Below, in pieces: positions 1-8,693 of a stretch of DNA of 24,106 nt. Origin of the DNA: Candidatus Iainarchaeum sp. GTDB taxonomy: Archaea > Iainarchaeota > Iainarchaeia > Iainarchaeales > Iainarchaeaceae. Below the pieces are notes generated by a model. It ran no database searches. It worked only from the letters and a program-made list of their open reading frames with translations, and had not been told where the DNA came from. The stretch is from positions 1-24,106 of the forward strand of contig JBDRLP010000034.1 of assembly GCA_043812975.1 (NCBI GenBank), in the 5' to 3' direction. The translations under genes were made by a program, and so were the position numbers. Numbering within the stretch: position 1 is the first letter of the stretch; every line of letters starts with the position of its first letter.

Positions 1-102
1 CGAATCGTTATGTACAGGACCTAGCAAAAGGATTTTTAAGATGGTCTAGCACAATTATTGTAATACTTAAACAGTTCTTGTTTATGAAGGGGTGATTTTA
101 TA

Positions 103-462
103 ATGGCTTTTTTGGAGAAGCTTGTCGGCAAAAATGAGGAAATTAATATTGAGGAATTCCTTAACAATCTTGATTCAGATGATGAGGATCCTTATGAAAA
201 CGCAGATGCGTTTGTAAAACCTATTTCTCTACAATCAGAAGCAGACAGGGACCTGGTTATTGAGGAAGCAAAGAAAGGTAACATTATTCTTTTGAATATT
301 TCAGACCTTTCAAAAAGAAACGCAATAAAATTAAAAGATTTGGTTGGAGGAATAAAACAGAATATTGATGGAATTGACGGAGATATGGCAAGAATTTCAT
401 CAGATAGAATTTTAGTTACTCCAAGCAGAGTTAAAATAATAAAAAGACGAGAAGCACAGTGA
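103..462 (+). CDS. sepF: Archaeal cell division protein SepF
   Basis: 119 aa. N-terminal amphipathic MAFLEKLVG, acidic linker, SepF core (GNIILLNIS...IDGDMARIS...ILVTP). SD GGGGTGA upstream. Confidence 0.9.
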   Translation: MAFLEKLVGKNEEINIEEFLNNLDSDDEDPYENADAFVKPISLQSEADRDLVIEEAKKGNIILLNISDLSKRNAIKLKDLVGGIKQNIDGIDGDMARISSDRILVTPSRVKIIKRREAQ

Positions 463-466
463 AACA

Positions 467-1237
467 ATGTTTATCGAGAAACCAGCCTTCCCTGTTTCAG
501 TTGATTTGAGTGAATCAGGGGAAAAGGTTTCAAACCTGCTTAAAAAAAGACATTGGACAGGTTTCACTTTTTCTTCAACTACTTTGATTTATGTTCCGTA
601 TTACTTCTATTCTTATGATGTTGTTGAAGAAACCGAAAAAAAAACAAATCATGTTTCAAGCGGTTCAAAAGCATTTAATGCATTTAACAAAGAATTTGAC
701 CCTGTTATAGCAGATATTATCTCTTTGGAAGATGTTTCAAGAAGCAATGAGGTTAGTGAAGATGATGATTCAAGGGTTTTAGTTTCTAAAATTAGTGAAT
801 CAGAAGCAAAAGAGATTATTCTTGTAAAAACAGCGTCTTTGGAAGAAACCTCTAAAAAAAATGTTATGATTTCAGGATTAGAACTGCTTTATGTGCCTTT
901 TTGGATTGTAAAAGTTGAAGTAAAATCTGGAATTAATGAAACGCATGAATTGTCTTTTCGTATTAATGCAACAACCGGAAATATTGTGAATGAGGATTCT
1001 GTTCCTTTTAGGGAAAAAGGGTTTTCAGAACTAACCTCAGAAGCTTTGAATGATCTTTCTAAACCTTCAGAGTGGATTAAGTATTCTGTTGAACTTGCGT
1101 CAAAATTATCAAAAGGATTTAATGGAAATAAAGGAAAAAAATCAGATGATTCCCTGAACTTATCAAACCCAGATATCCAGATTCTTGTTTTAGCAATAAT
1201 TGCAATAATAGTAATACTTTGGGTTGCTTATCTCTAA
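467..1237 (+). CDS. Hypothetical protein with duplicated LxYVP[YF][YW] motif and a C-terminal transmembrane tail anchor
   Basis: 256 aa ORF 4 bp after sepF. Motifs LIYVPYYF and LLYVPFWI. Hydrophobic C-terminus ILVLAIIAIIVILWVAYL. Confidence 0.75.
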   Translation: MFIEKPAFPVSVDLSESGEKVSNLLKKRHWTGFTFSSTTLIYVPYYFYSYDVVEETEKKTNHVSSGSKAFNAFNKEFDPVIADIISLEDVSRSNEVSEDDDSRVLVSKISESEAKEIILVKTASLEETSKKNVMISGLELLYVPFWIVKVEVKSGINETHELSFRINATTGNIVNEDSVPFREKGFSELTSEALNDLSKPSEWIKYSVELASKLSKGFNGNKGKKSDDSLNLSNPDIQILVLAIIAIIVILWVAYL

Positions 1238-4200
1238 TCACATATACTCAGACAAACTTTTTTGCTGTACTTTGTCATTGATAAAAACTGAATCTATTTC
1301 TTTTTCTATTAAATCAATTCTTTGCTGTAAGTAATTGCTCAAACCATAAGTGATAATAAGTTTCTTTGCAATAGCTAAGTATTTTCTTACAGATCCCTGT
1401 GCAATTGTCAGGATTAATTTATCTTCTCCGCATGAAGTGCATTTTCCAACTAAAGGAATTCTTCTGTATTTGGCGTTGCATTTAGTGCATCTGAATTCCT
1501 GTCTTGAAAACGATCTTGTGTTTCCGATAATATCTGGTAAAAAGTGTGAAGCAAGAACTCTTTCCAAAGCATCTTTTTTGTCGATTGCTCTTATTTTATT
1601 CTGCACTTTTGCCTGAGCATTCATTTTATCTTCCATTGATTTAAGTGTTACATACGTTGATTCTTTTGGCCCTTCATCAAAAACTGAGGTGTCATGCGTA
1701 TAACCAAAACCAGAATACTGTGTAGCTTTACCAATCCTGTCTTTAATTACTGGAATTGAGTCAAGTTCAGGATCGGATATTAAATTAGCCTTTTCATAAA
1801 GCTCCAGAGGATACTCTCTGCAGGTTTCAACCTCATAAACCTCGTCATCAATCTCTGAAGGATTAATAATAATTGTAAAAACTAACGGAGCATCCATTCT
1901 GCCCCCTCTTGATGAAGGCAAATAACTTTTTGAAAAATTCAAAAGTGCATCCATCAGAAGCATTATTGAATCCTGATCCCCATCAGCGTTTCTTCTTTTG
2001 GCTAAGTGAAAATAAGGGTGAGCAAAATTCAGCTTTGCTTTTGTATAACCAATAATCCTGCATACTACTGCTGCAGAGGTGTGTGGAGCCAAACCTAAGA
2101 ATAATTCTCCAATAAGATCTTCTTTTGAACTAAAATTGTAGTGTTTTTCCATCCCGTAAAATCTTTCTAATTCCTCATCAACAAACCTGCAAACTTTTAT
2201 GTAAAAGTTTCCTGCTTCTTCATTTACAATCATGTCTTGCGGAAAGATTTCACAAATCTGATCTTCGCTTACAAGCTCTCTTCCCTCAAAATCTTTTTCA
2301 TATCCAAGTTCCTTGGCTTTCTCAATACTTAATTCAATTTCCTTTGGCTTAAAATGAGTTATTGGTGCGTTTAACAATTCAAATCTTATTGTAGCGTCCC
2401 TGAAAATATGCAAATCATGCCGTGCTCTAAGAATTCCCTTTTCAAGCGGTTCAGGAATCTTATTCGCATTAATTAATCCTCTTACTCCTTTTACAAGAGG
2501 AGGCATTGTAACTTTCAGGTTTTTAGTGGCTTGTAAAACCATTTTGTTCAAATCAAATTTTCTCTTATCAAAAGCAGATGTTTCTGAAAAACACTTTTCA
2601 CAGGTTTCATTTTCACCAAACGAACCGCACTTTGAACATTTTCTCACAAATTTGTTTCTTTTTCCTGTTTCTAAAGAATATTCCTGTTCTTCAATTTCTT
2701 TTGTTTCAGGATTGAGGAAATAAGCAATTTCACCTTCAAGATTAGGGTATTTTTCCATTGCCTTATTTATTGATCTTGTAGAACCGCCATAATTTCCTAT
2801 TGGAAACAAGGTCATTGGGTCACCAACCATTTTTCTGGGTCTGGCTGCTTCAGGTCTTCCCATTCTTAAGCCAATAAAACTTCCGCCTTTATCCCTTATT
2901 TTCATTCCTGAAATGTTTGAAAGTATTTCACTAACATTTTTTGAAGAATCAGGTTCTTCACTGCTTGCCCCTCCAAAGGTTTTGAAAAATGAATAAGCAA
3001 ATTCTTTTCCAACAACAAGCTTATCTTCAACAATCTTATGAGGCAAACCAATTTTTTCAAGCATTAATTTTGTTTCTTTATTTCGTTCAAGTAATAATTC
3101 TTCTATATCATTTCCTGAAAAGTTCTTCTCTGCTTTTCTAACTTTTTCCACAAGAACAACTGTTTCCTCTGGAGTTAATGCAAGATAATAATGCAGGTAT
3201 TTTGGGTGTAAAGGTATTCCTAACTGAAGTGAAAGTTCTATTGCAGTATTTTGTTCCACGAGTTCAGGATTTTTTACCATTGTCTCAATATCAAAGTCAG
3301 TGTTTCCTTCGGCATATTTTTCAAGCTCAAGTTTCCACCATTCCTCGCAATAACCAACAGGAATCAAAGGATGCGCAGTTTTCCTGAAATCTCCTAAAGT
3401 AATTAAAATATCTCCAATGAACAGGATTTCCTTTACTTGATTGTTTATTTCTTTTGCTTCCTTTGAAGAAGTAAGCTTTCTTACTTCCCCACTTTTCAAT
3501 AAAACAATTGGGCCTTCTATTGTATCAACAGGAAACATTTCAGCACTTTTACCAGGCCTTTCAACCTTGGTTTGGGTTCCGACTGCAATAAAACCATCCA
3601 GCACATGCATTGTAGCAGGATGTGTTCCTTTAGCCATTATACAGGTGTTTCTTGCTCTTCCATATCTGAGCCTGAAACCACCATAACGTGAAGGATACGA
3701 AAATATGGGTCTTCCTGCAGCGATTCTTCCAAGATAGTTAAAATTCGGTTTTATTTCCTTGTCTTTTCCTGATCCTTTTCCTATTTTTATTATGTCTTCC
3801 AGCCAGTTCCAGTTAAGCCCTAACATTTTTGCAAGGCTCATTATTTTCATTGCCTTTAAACCAACACCTTCAGAAATAACAAGACACATTCCGCCTCTAA
3901 CTCTGTTTGTAGAAATTCTTTCCAAATCCTTGTTTGCTGTAACTTCTCTTTTTTCTGTTGGCTCTCCGTTTATACAAACAGTACATCCGTTGATGATTTT
4001 TCTTACATCATCATCTTTCAGTTTATATTGTCTTGTAATTATTTCATCGTAAAGATTAATTTCCTCAACATATCTTTCAATCTCATCATTGGTTGGCTTG
4101 TAAACATCAAGGTTCATTAATTGTCTTGCATAATCTCCAAGAATCAAAGGAAACACAGTTGCTGTTCCTCCAGCAGCTCTTATTGGTCCTGCAAAGTAAA

Positions 4201-4627
4201 TGTCAACATATTTTGAACCATCATTATTCTTGCTTATTTTAATTTTCGGCACTCCATCCAAAGGAGCTACAACTACTCCTTCTGTTACAAGAACCAGTGC
4301 AGTTTTTACAGCCTGCTCTAATCTTTTTTCGTCGTCAGGAATATCCCCCAAATCCCCTTCAATGATTTCTTTAAATAATTGAAAGATTGTTTTGTTTCTG
4401 TCTCTGTTATTTTCATCATAAAGTTCTCTGTATCTTTTAGCAACTCCTGTTGGCCCGATAATTTGTTCTGTTCTATCGGCTAAGTCTAATGTCGGAGGAC
4501 ACTCAACTTTGAGACTTACGTCTTTTCCTTTTGCCTTAGCTTTTGAAGCTATTTCAAATTCAGCATAAGCCTTTTTTTTAAGGAGTTTGAAATATTTTTT
4601 TGTTGCAGAATCAGCCAGTATTTCCAT
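1238..4627 (-). CDS. polC: DNA polymerase D large subunit DP2 (no intein)
   Basis: Motifs AGPIRAAGGT, GGFRLRYGRARN, RMGRPE, KRRNADGDQD, RGGRMDAPL; C-terminal CxxC zinc finger and PIP-like QKSLSEYM. Start placed at ATG 4627 after GGTGG (ORF track uses 4639). Confidence 0.97.
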   Translation of the reverse strand: MEILADSATKKYFKLLKKKAYAEFEIASKAKAKGKDVSLKVECPPTLDLADRTEQIIGPTGVAKRYRELYDENNRDRNKTIFQLFKEIIEGDLGDIPDDEKRLEQAVKTALVLVTEGVVVAPLDGVPKIKISKNNDGSKYVDIYFAGPIRAAGGTATVFPLILGDYARQLMNLDVYKPTNDEIERYVEEINLYDEIITRQYKLKDDDVRKIINGCTVCINGEPTEKREVTANKDLERISTNRVRGGMCLVISEGVGLKAMKIMSLAKMLGLNWNWLEDIIKIGKGSGKDKEIKPNFNYLGRIAAGRPIFSYPSRYGGFRLRYGRARNTCIMAKGTHPATMHVLDGFIAVGTQTKVERPGKSAEMFPVDTIEGPIVLLKSGEVRKLTSSKEAKEINNQVKEILFIGDILITLGDFRKTAHPLIPVGYCEEWWKLELEKYAEGNTDFDIETMVKNPELVEQNTAIELSLQLGIPLHPKYLHYYLALTPEETVVLVEKVRKAEKNFSGNDIEELLLERNKETKLMLEKIGLPHKIVEDKLVVGKEFAYSFFKTFGGASSEEPDSSKNVSEILSNISGMKIRDKGGSFIGLRMGRPEAARPRKMVGDPMTLFPIGNYGGSTRSINKAMEKYPNLEGEIAYFLNPETKEIEEQEYSLETGKRNKFVRKCSKCGSFGENETCEKCFSETSAFDKRKFDLNKMVLQATKNLKVTMPPLVKGVRGLINANKIPEPLEKGILRARHDLHIFRDATIRFELLNAPITHFKPKEIELSIEKAKELGYEKDFEGRELVSEDQICEIFPQDMIVNEEAGNFYIKVCRFVDEELERFYGMEKHYNFSSKEDLIGELFLGLAPHTSAAVVCRIIGYTKAKLNFAHPYFHLAKRRNADGDQDSIMLLMDALLNFSKSYLPSSRGGRMDAPLVFTIIINPSEIDDEVYEVETCREYPLELYEKANLISDPELDSIPVIKDRIGKATQYSGFGYTHDTSVFDEGPKESTYVTLKSMEDKMNAQAKVQNKIRAIDKKDALERVLASHFLPDIIGNTRSFSRQEFRCTKCNAKYRRIPLVGKCTSCGEDKLILTIAQGSVRKYLAIAKKLIITYGLSNYLQQRIDLIEKEIDSVFINDKVQQKSLSEYM

Positions 4628-6131
4628 CTTTCCCACCATAAAAATTATTCTCAGTCAACTTTCTTGTTTTTAGATTAATATCAATAGCAATCCCTGGGGT
4701 AGGAACATGTCCTTCTCTAACCTGATAATCAGTTCTTAATTGCCAGCACCCAGAATTAACATTCAAGCAACCCCTGTATTGCGCATAACCCTTGTGGTGC
4801 ATGTCTCCGGCAAAATAAAAATCAGGTTCTTCACGTATAAGCATGAAATCGAAATTTTCCGGGACATAAGGCTGAACTTGCCCAAAACCTGTTGATAAAT
4901 CTCTTCTCCTAAGAAGCTCTATCATTGCATTTTGAGGTTTTTTTGCATCCAAACCACTCATTGCAGAGTACATATCATGGTGTGATGCTCCGTGATAAAT
5001 CATTGCTTTCAAACCTTCCATTTCAACCCAGCTTGGGCTTCCAATAAAATGAACATTTCCAGAATCATGTAATTCCTTAACATATTCTCTTGGAATAGCG
5101 GGTTGAGGATCAGCTCGCCTTACAGCATCATGCTGACCCGGACAAACAAAAATTTCAATGTGTTCAGGAATCTGTTTGATTAGTTCAGTAAACTTATTGT
5201 ATTGTCCATAAATATCTTTGATTGCAAGTTCATCGTATTGTGAAGGATAAATTCCAACTCCGTCAACATTGTCTCCTGCAACAACAAGGTACTTTATTTT
5301 TCCAATTCTTTCAAGTTCCTTTTCAGTATTAGCATTTCCATTAAGCCATGATAATAATTTGTTGAATTCTTTTTCCATGAAAAGCTTGCTTCCAATGTGC
5401 ATATCAGAAATCAGCATTACACTTAAATCTCTCTCTGCAGTTTTTGGGGTTCTTTGCATTAAATCAGGCCACAAAAAACTCTGAATAATAAGTACTTCAT
5501 CTGCAAACTTTTTTCCCTTAATCCCAATAACATCATCAATCAATATTTTTCCCGCATCCTGATTTGTTTCCAGATCCTCTTTGGAAACAATTGCAATGCA
5601 TCTTCCTTCAGGACTGTCAAGTTCAATGGTTAGATTTTCTTTTTTGCTCACCCATTTTTTTACAACCATTCCGATAATATCTATTTCTTCATATTTTGCA
5701 GCAAGTTTTATTTTATTTAATGGTTTTGGATTAAAGCCTGCTCTGTTTTTCAGTAAACTACTTAGAAAATTGTATTTGTCAGAAAAATAATTCAAAAAAT
5801 CTTTTACTTTTCCTTCACTTTTACTCTGACCGGTAACTTCATATTCAGTCATTATTCTAAAATTAGGTTCAACTTCTTTTGCAATTGCCTTAAAACCGGA
5901 TTTTTTCACTACTGTTCCCTGTTTAACATTGCTTAGTTTTGATTCACGATTAGCAAGCAGTCCTTTTACTTTTTCAGCAGAAACCATTGGCTCTTTAATT
6001 TCATTAAGGATTTCTTGCCATTGTTCTTCTTTTTCAAGTAAATCAATTGATTTCTTGTCAATAAACTGATGTTTATCATTGCAAAAGTCAACTATTTCCT
6101 TTTTCTTCTCATCAACCAATTTCGTTTCCAC
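4611..6131 (-). CDS. polB: DNA polymerase D small subunit DP1 (OB fold plus calcineurin-like proofreading nuclease)
   Basis: SDMHIGS, AGDNVDG, PGQHD, YHG and NSGCWQ motifs; directly upstream of DP2. Confidence 0.95.
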   Translation of the reverse strand: METKLVDEKKKEIVDFCNDKHQFIDKKSIDLLEKEEQWQEILNEIKEPMVSAEKVKGLLANRESKLSNVKQGTVVKKSGFKAIAKEVEPNFRIMTEYEVTGQSKSEGKVKDFLNYFSDKYNFLSSLLKNRAGFNPKPLNKIKLAAKYEEIDIIGMVVKKWVSKKENLTIELDSPEGRCIAIVSKEDLETNQDAGKILIDDVIGIKGKKFADEVLIIQSFLWPDLMQRTPKTAERDLSVMLISDMHIGSKLFMEKEFNKLLSWLNGNANTEKELERIGKIKYLVVAGDNVDGVGIYPSQYDELAIKDIYGQYNKFTELIKQIPEHIEIFVCPGQHDAVRRADPQPAIPREYVKELHDSGNVHFIGSPSWVEMEGLKAMIYHGASHHDMYSAMSGLDAKKPQNAMIELLRRRDLSTGFGQVQPYVPENFDFMLIREEPDFYFAGDMHHKGYAQYRGCLNVNSGCWQLRTDYQVREGHVPTPGIAIDINLKTRKLTENNFYGGKDGNTG

Positions 6132-6132
6132 G

Positions 6133-6408
6133 TTATCCCTTGTATTTTTCCCGTATCGCTTCCAATTCAGAGATTATGGTCCAGATTTCGGTTCTTGTAT
6201 GGGATGGCATGTTTATGTCATTGCTGATATCTTCCATTAGATAAATAGCATTGCTTAAATTCACGCTCAAAGTATCTTCCTTTGAAGTGATTTTTTGCTT
6301 TGCATCATCAATGGTTTTCCTTATGTTCCTTGGAACGGAATTATCTTCCATAATGGCTTCCATTAGTTCAACAGTGCATTCTATTTGCTGTTTAAGCTCT
6401 TCATCCAA
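6133..6408 (-). CDS. UPF0147 family protein
   Basis: Signature EDNSVPRNIR...ISNDINMPSHTRTEIW. Probable TTG start at 6408, 5 nt after SD AGGTGA (6419-6414). Confidence 0.9.
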   Translation of the reverse strand: MDEELKQQIECTVELMEAIMEDNSVPRNIRKTIDDAKQKITSKEDTLSVNLSNAIYLMEDISNDINMPSHTRTEIWTIISELEAIREKYKG

Positions 6409-6427
6409 GGTTCTCACCTTTCCGTAT

Positions 6428-6477
6428 AATTAGTGTTACGTAAGCATCCATCTTACCACCTGAACCCGCACCTAATT
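6428..6477 (-). promoter_or_regulatory. Putative structured 5' leader of the UPF0147-PolD operon
   Basis: Closing stem AATTAG(G)TG/CACTAATT encloses hairpin GTAAG-N7-CTTAC; locally GC-richer than the flanks. Confidence 0.35.
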
Positions 6478-6515
6478 CAAAGCGCTTGAATAAATTGTAA
6501 TCAGTTCTTAATAAA
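6475..6515 (-). promoter_or_regulatory. Promoter of the UPF0147-PolD operon: TATA-like TTTATTAA (6515-6508) and palindrome ATTCAA-N5-TTGAAT (6475-6491)
   Basis: Spacing fits an archaeal TATA box; the inverted repeat overlaps the predicted transcription start. Confidence 0.45.
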
Positions 6516-6546
6516 AAACTTGGGAAAAACAATTATGTAGTAGTTA

Positions 6547-7599
6547 TTAGTTTTTTTGTGGAGGGGTAAGAAATTTTTTAGTAGAATAATCATTTGTTTT
6601 CATTTCTTTGATTAATGCTTCTCTAAGGTTATTTCCCTGTTCTTTTTCCCCTTCAATAACAAAATCCTTAAGTTTAGCCTTGGCGGAATTAATCTCTTCT
6701 TCAGTGGCCAAATCTGATTTGTTAATAACCCCGATTATTTTTGTTCCTTTGAATTCCTTTTTCATCTGCTCAAGCAAACTAAACTGCTCTTTGTGAGTAA
6801 ATCCGCAATTCATTGTAGGGTCAATAATAAAAACAATAACCGAAGCCAAGTGTTTCACAGCAGCCAATGCTTTTTTTTCAATATCATTCAGTTCTGTTCT
6901 ATCCAATAATCCAGGGGTATCAAGAACCTGAACTTTTATATATTTTAATTCGAAATAACCCACATTAATTTGCTTTGTTGTGAACTGATAAGAAGAAATT
7001 TTTGCTTTTGCTTTGGTCAGTCTTTTCAAAAGAGTTGTTTTTCCGACATTAGGAAAACCACTAAGTACTATTGTGAAAGCATTAAAATCTATTGTCGGAA
7101 CTTCCTTTAGCAGTTTGGAAGATTCTTTAAGATGTTTAAGTGTAGAATTCAGTTTTTTTATTACAGAACCTGCTCTTCCTTCGAATGCTTTCAAATGTTT
7201 GTTTGCTTCTTCAGGAGTTTTACTCGAATAAATTTTTTCAGCATACTCAAATCTGATTTTTTTAAGCACTTTAGAGGAAGCATTAAGTTTTCCCAAGGCC
7301 ATTTTTAATTTATCAATATTAACAAGTGCTCCCAGTAAATCTCTGAAGAAAGGATTCATGTCATCAATGTTAGGAAACAGTTTTCCAAGTTCAAACAACT
7401 TTTTCTGTAAAAAATCTCCAAATGCTTTTAGTTTCAAACTATTAAGCTTTTTTCTTTTGAAGAGAGGATCTCTGTATTTTTTACCCACATCAACTTTTCT
7501 GAGTCTTGCATAAGCCTGGCCCATTATTTCTTTAGAACTCGGGAAATAGTTTTTCAGTTCTGAACCATGGCTATTTAAAGGTTTTCTGGCTTTTTTCAT
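6547..7599 (-). CDS. NOG1 family (OBG-like) GTPase, ribosome biogenesis
   Basis: G1 GFPNVGKTT, G2 YQFTTK, G3 DTPGLLDR, G4 NKSD; N-terminal helical domain with PFFRDL. Confidence 0.92.
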   Translation of the reverse strand: MKKARKPLNSHGSELKNYFPSSKEIMGQAYARLRKVDVGKKYRDPLFKRKKLNSLKLKAFGDFLQKKLFELGKLFPNIDDMNPFFRDLLGALVNIDKLKMALGKLNASSKVLKKIRFEYAEKIYSSKTPEEANKHLKAFEGRAGSVIKKLNSTLKHLKESSKLLKEVPTIDFNAFTIVLSGFPNVGKTTLLKRLTKAKAKISSYQFTTKQINVGYFELKYIKVQVLDTPGLLDRTELNDIEKKALAAVKHLASVIVFIIDPTMNCGFTHKEQFSLLEQMKKEFKGTKIIGVINKSDLATEEEINSAKAKLKDFVIEGEKEQGNNLREALIKEMKTNDYSTKKFLTPPQKN

Positions 7600-7628
7600 C
7601 TTATAATCCTCTTATTAGTTGGGTGTTT

Positions 7629-8693
7629 ATGATGAATAATTTGTATTTGGGAGACTATAAAAGGTATTTGCTGGTTCCAGCGGCTCTTTTTGTTATATTT
7701 CTGTTTTTAATTTTTATTGCCCCCGGCGTTACTCAGGGTATTGATCTCAAGGGAGGTACCAGTATTATTGTAAGGGCAGATTATGAGCTTAATCCTGATC
7801 TTTTAAAACCTGTTCTGGAAGAAAAATATGCTCTTGATGAATTACAGCTTGGTTCTGTTTCAAGCCCTAATAGTTTTGGTTTATTTTTGCAGTTTTCAGA
7901 AAATTCAGATATTGCTGCTGCACAAGAACTTTTGGATCAGGCGAATGATTCTTTAGAATCAGACCCTGAAAACGCAAAACAATTTGCATTAGAATCAATT
8001 TCGTATTCACAAAAATTTACCAAAGTTGAAAATACTTCCGGGATTTCAGCCAGGCAAACAGTTTCTGTTGCAGACCAAGCTTTAACAAAAGCAGAGGAAA
8101 CTTTCAATAAGGAGTTACAGGAAACAATTTCAGAAACTTATTCTCTCGGAAGTGAATTAAAATTCCAAAAAAGAGAAATAGGGCCGTCATTAGGAGAAAA
8201 CTTTTTCAGCACTGGAATAACTGTTGCATTAGTTGGTTTATTTTTAGTAATAATCGTGATTTTCTTTTTCTTCAGAGAGTTTTTTCCTTCAGCAGCAATT
8301 GTCCTTGCTGTTTTATTTGACGTTGCAGGAGCCTTAGCTTTAATGTCCTTGTTTGAAATCCCGCTTTCACTTGCAACAATTCCCGCGCTATTAATGCTTA
8401 TTGGTTACAGTGTTGATACGGATTTAATGTTAACAACCAGATTATTGAAAAGAAGAGAAGGTTCTGCAAGAGAAAGAGCTCATGAATCAATGATAACAGG
8501 ATTAACAATGACACTAACAACTTTAGCAGCTTTAACATCAATGATTGTTCTTTCTTATTTTGGGCAGATTCAGGTTATTTATGAAATATCTGCTGTTTTA
8601 TTGTTTGGTTTGTTTGCAGATATTATTTCCACTTGGTTAATGAATGCTCCAATGTTGCTTTGGTATGTTGAGAAAAAGGAGAGTTCACGATGA
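7629..8693 (+). CDS. secF: Protein translocase subunit SecF
   Basis: GIDLKGG, IGPSLG and IGYSVDTD motifs; six-TM pattern; precedes secD. Start could be 7623, 7629 or 7632. Confidence 0.93.
   Translation: MMNNLYLGDYKRYLLVPAALFVIFLFLIFIAPGVTQGIDLKGGTSIIVRADYELNPDLLKPVLEEKYALDELQLGSVSSPNSFGLFLQFSENSDIAAAQELLDQANDSLESDPENAKQFALESISYSQKFTKVENTSGISARQTVSVADQALTKAEETFNKELQETISETYSLGSELKFQKREIGPSLGENFFSTGITVALVGLFLVIIVIFFFFREFFPSAAIVLAVLFDVAGALALMSLFEIPLSLATIPALLMLIGYSVDTDLMLTTRLLKRREGSARERAHESMITGLTMTLTTLAALTSMIVLSYFGQIQVIYEISAVLLFGLFADIISTWLMNAPMLLWYVEKKESSR

Noticed and set aside
1160..1237. C-terminal TM of ORF 467-1237 as an archaeosortase sorting signal
   Set aside because: No N-terminal signal peptide, no PGF/PEF-like motif and no basic tail.
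1238..4627. Intein in DP2
   Set aside because: Length is normal and conserved motifs are contiguous; no intein-sized insertion or LAGLIDADG motif.
6418..6546. Replication origin or tRNA next to the PolD genes
   Set aside because: No cdc6/orc1 gene, no ORB-like repeats with G-strings, and no cloverleaf or T-loop consensus.
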